This document shows, in pieces, positions 63,390 to 64,000 of a stretch of DNA of 64,000 nucleotides. A program made the position numbers and the translations under genes. The notes beneath the pieces are model-generated. The model did no database searches, was not told the DNA's origin, and was given only the letters and a program-made list of their open reading frames with translations. The stretch's first letter is position 1, and each line of letters starts with the position of its first letter. This DNA comes from Sphaerodactylus townsendi. Its lineage: Eukaryota. Where the stretch lies: assembly GCF_021028975.2 (NCBI RefSeq), contig NC_059430.1, positions 72,292,001 through 72,356,000 on the forward strand, read 5' to 3'.

Positions 63390-64000
63390 AATAAATAAAT
63401 AAATACTGAATAATGTACCAAACTGTCAATGGGGACTGTGAAGATTCTGTCACTTTAAGTGTATTGTTGCAGATTTCAGAAATTGGTTGTTGAAAGTTGC
63501 GATCATAGATCTAGTTCCATATTCAGTTTGTTTCACTATTTAGATTCCAATACAAGAAGGGCAAAAAATTAACTTTTCCAGTGAGTTCAATGAATCTGTA
63601 GCCCTTAACAGAACAATTGGTAGATGCTTATCTACTTTGATTTTAACCCTGCTTTCCAATGATAGATTATCTTCTAAAGGAGCTTACAGTTATCAGAATT
63701 TAACACACGCACGCACGCACACATACGCACACAAATTAAAGTGCAATTCAAAATGTTCCTTGTGGAGAGAATTCTCAATTGTGCTGGATCCAGGCACACT
63801 CAATAGATGCTTGCCTACTCCCCATCCCTGGCCTTAGTAATGACACTAGGATTGAAGAAAGGGTGACCTCATCTCTAGGGTATGTTGGCAAATCTCTGGG
63901 CACATGTGTTGACCTGCTAGTCTTTTGACAGTTGACAAATGTACTGATTACTAATATACCCTTGTTAAACTGGTAGTTTATAAATGGATAATAATAGGTG

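Overview
Vertebrate genomic DNA, not prokaryotic. The repeat content (Squam3-like SINEs, SPIN, a 5S-derived SINE, CR1, DIRS, Penelope) points to a squamate reptile, probably a gecko; this is an inference. The window holds the conserved syntenic block MET-CAPZA2-ST7, all on the + strand. It contains the last five coding exons of the MET receptor tyrosine kinase (316-7457) and its 3' UTR, the complete 10-exon CAPZA2 gene (30453-49493, 861 nt, 286 aa) with a CpG-island promoter, and coding exon 1 plus part of intron 1 of ST7 (55142-55292). Introns and intergenic DNA are dense with transposon remnants, several with exact termini and target-site duplications (TSDs). There is one 290-nt assembly gap. 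The most notable observations: (1) a 96-bp Penelope-derived insertion carrying a near-intact minimal hammerhead ribozyme in ST7 intron 1; (2) an overlapping uORF in the ST7 leader whose frame relative to ST7 depends on a C12 tract; (3) a GC-AG intron and weak splice sites around CAPZA2 exon 7; (4) Ser9->Gly in CAPZA2; (5) a 2-kb hAT element carrying a tandem array of long hairpins just upstream of the CAPZA2 promoter; (6) a 12-nt block of overlapping miRNA seed sites in the MET 3' UTR. I see no convincing new multi-gene system. Repeat family names and human comparisons are from recall, not from searches.
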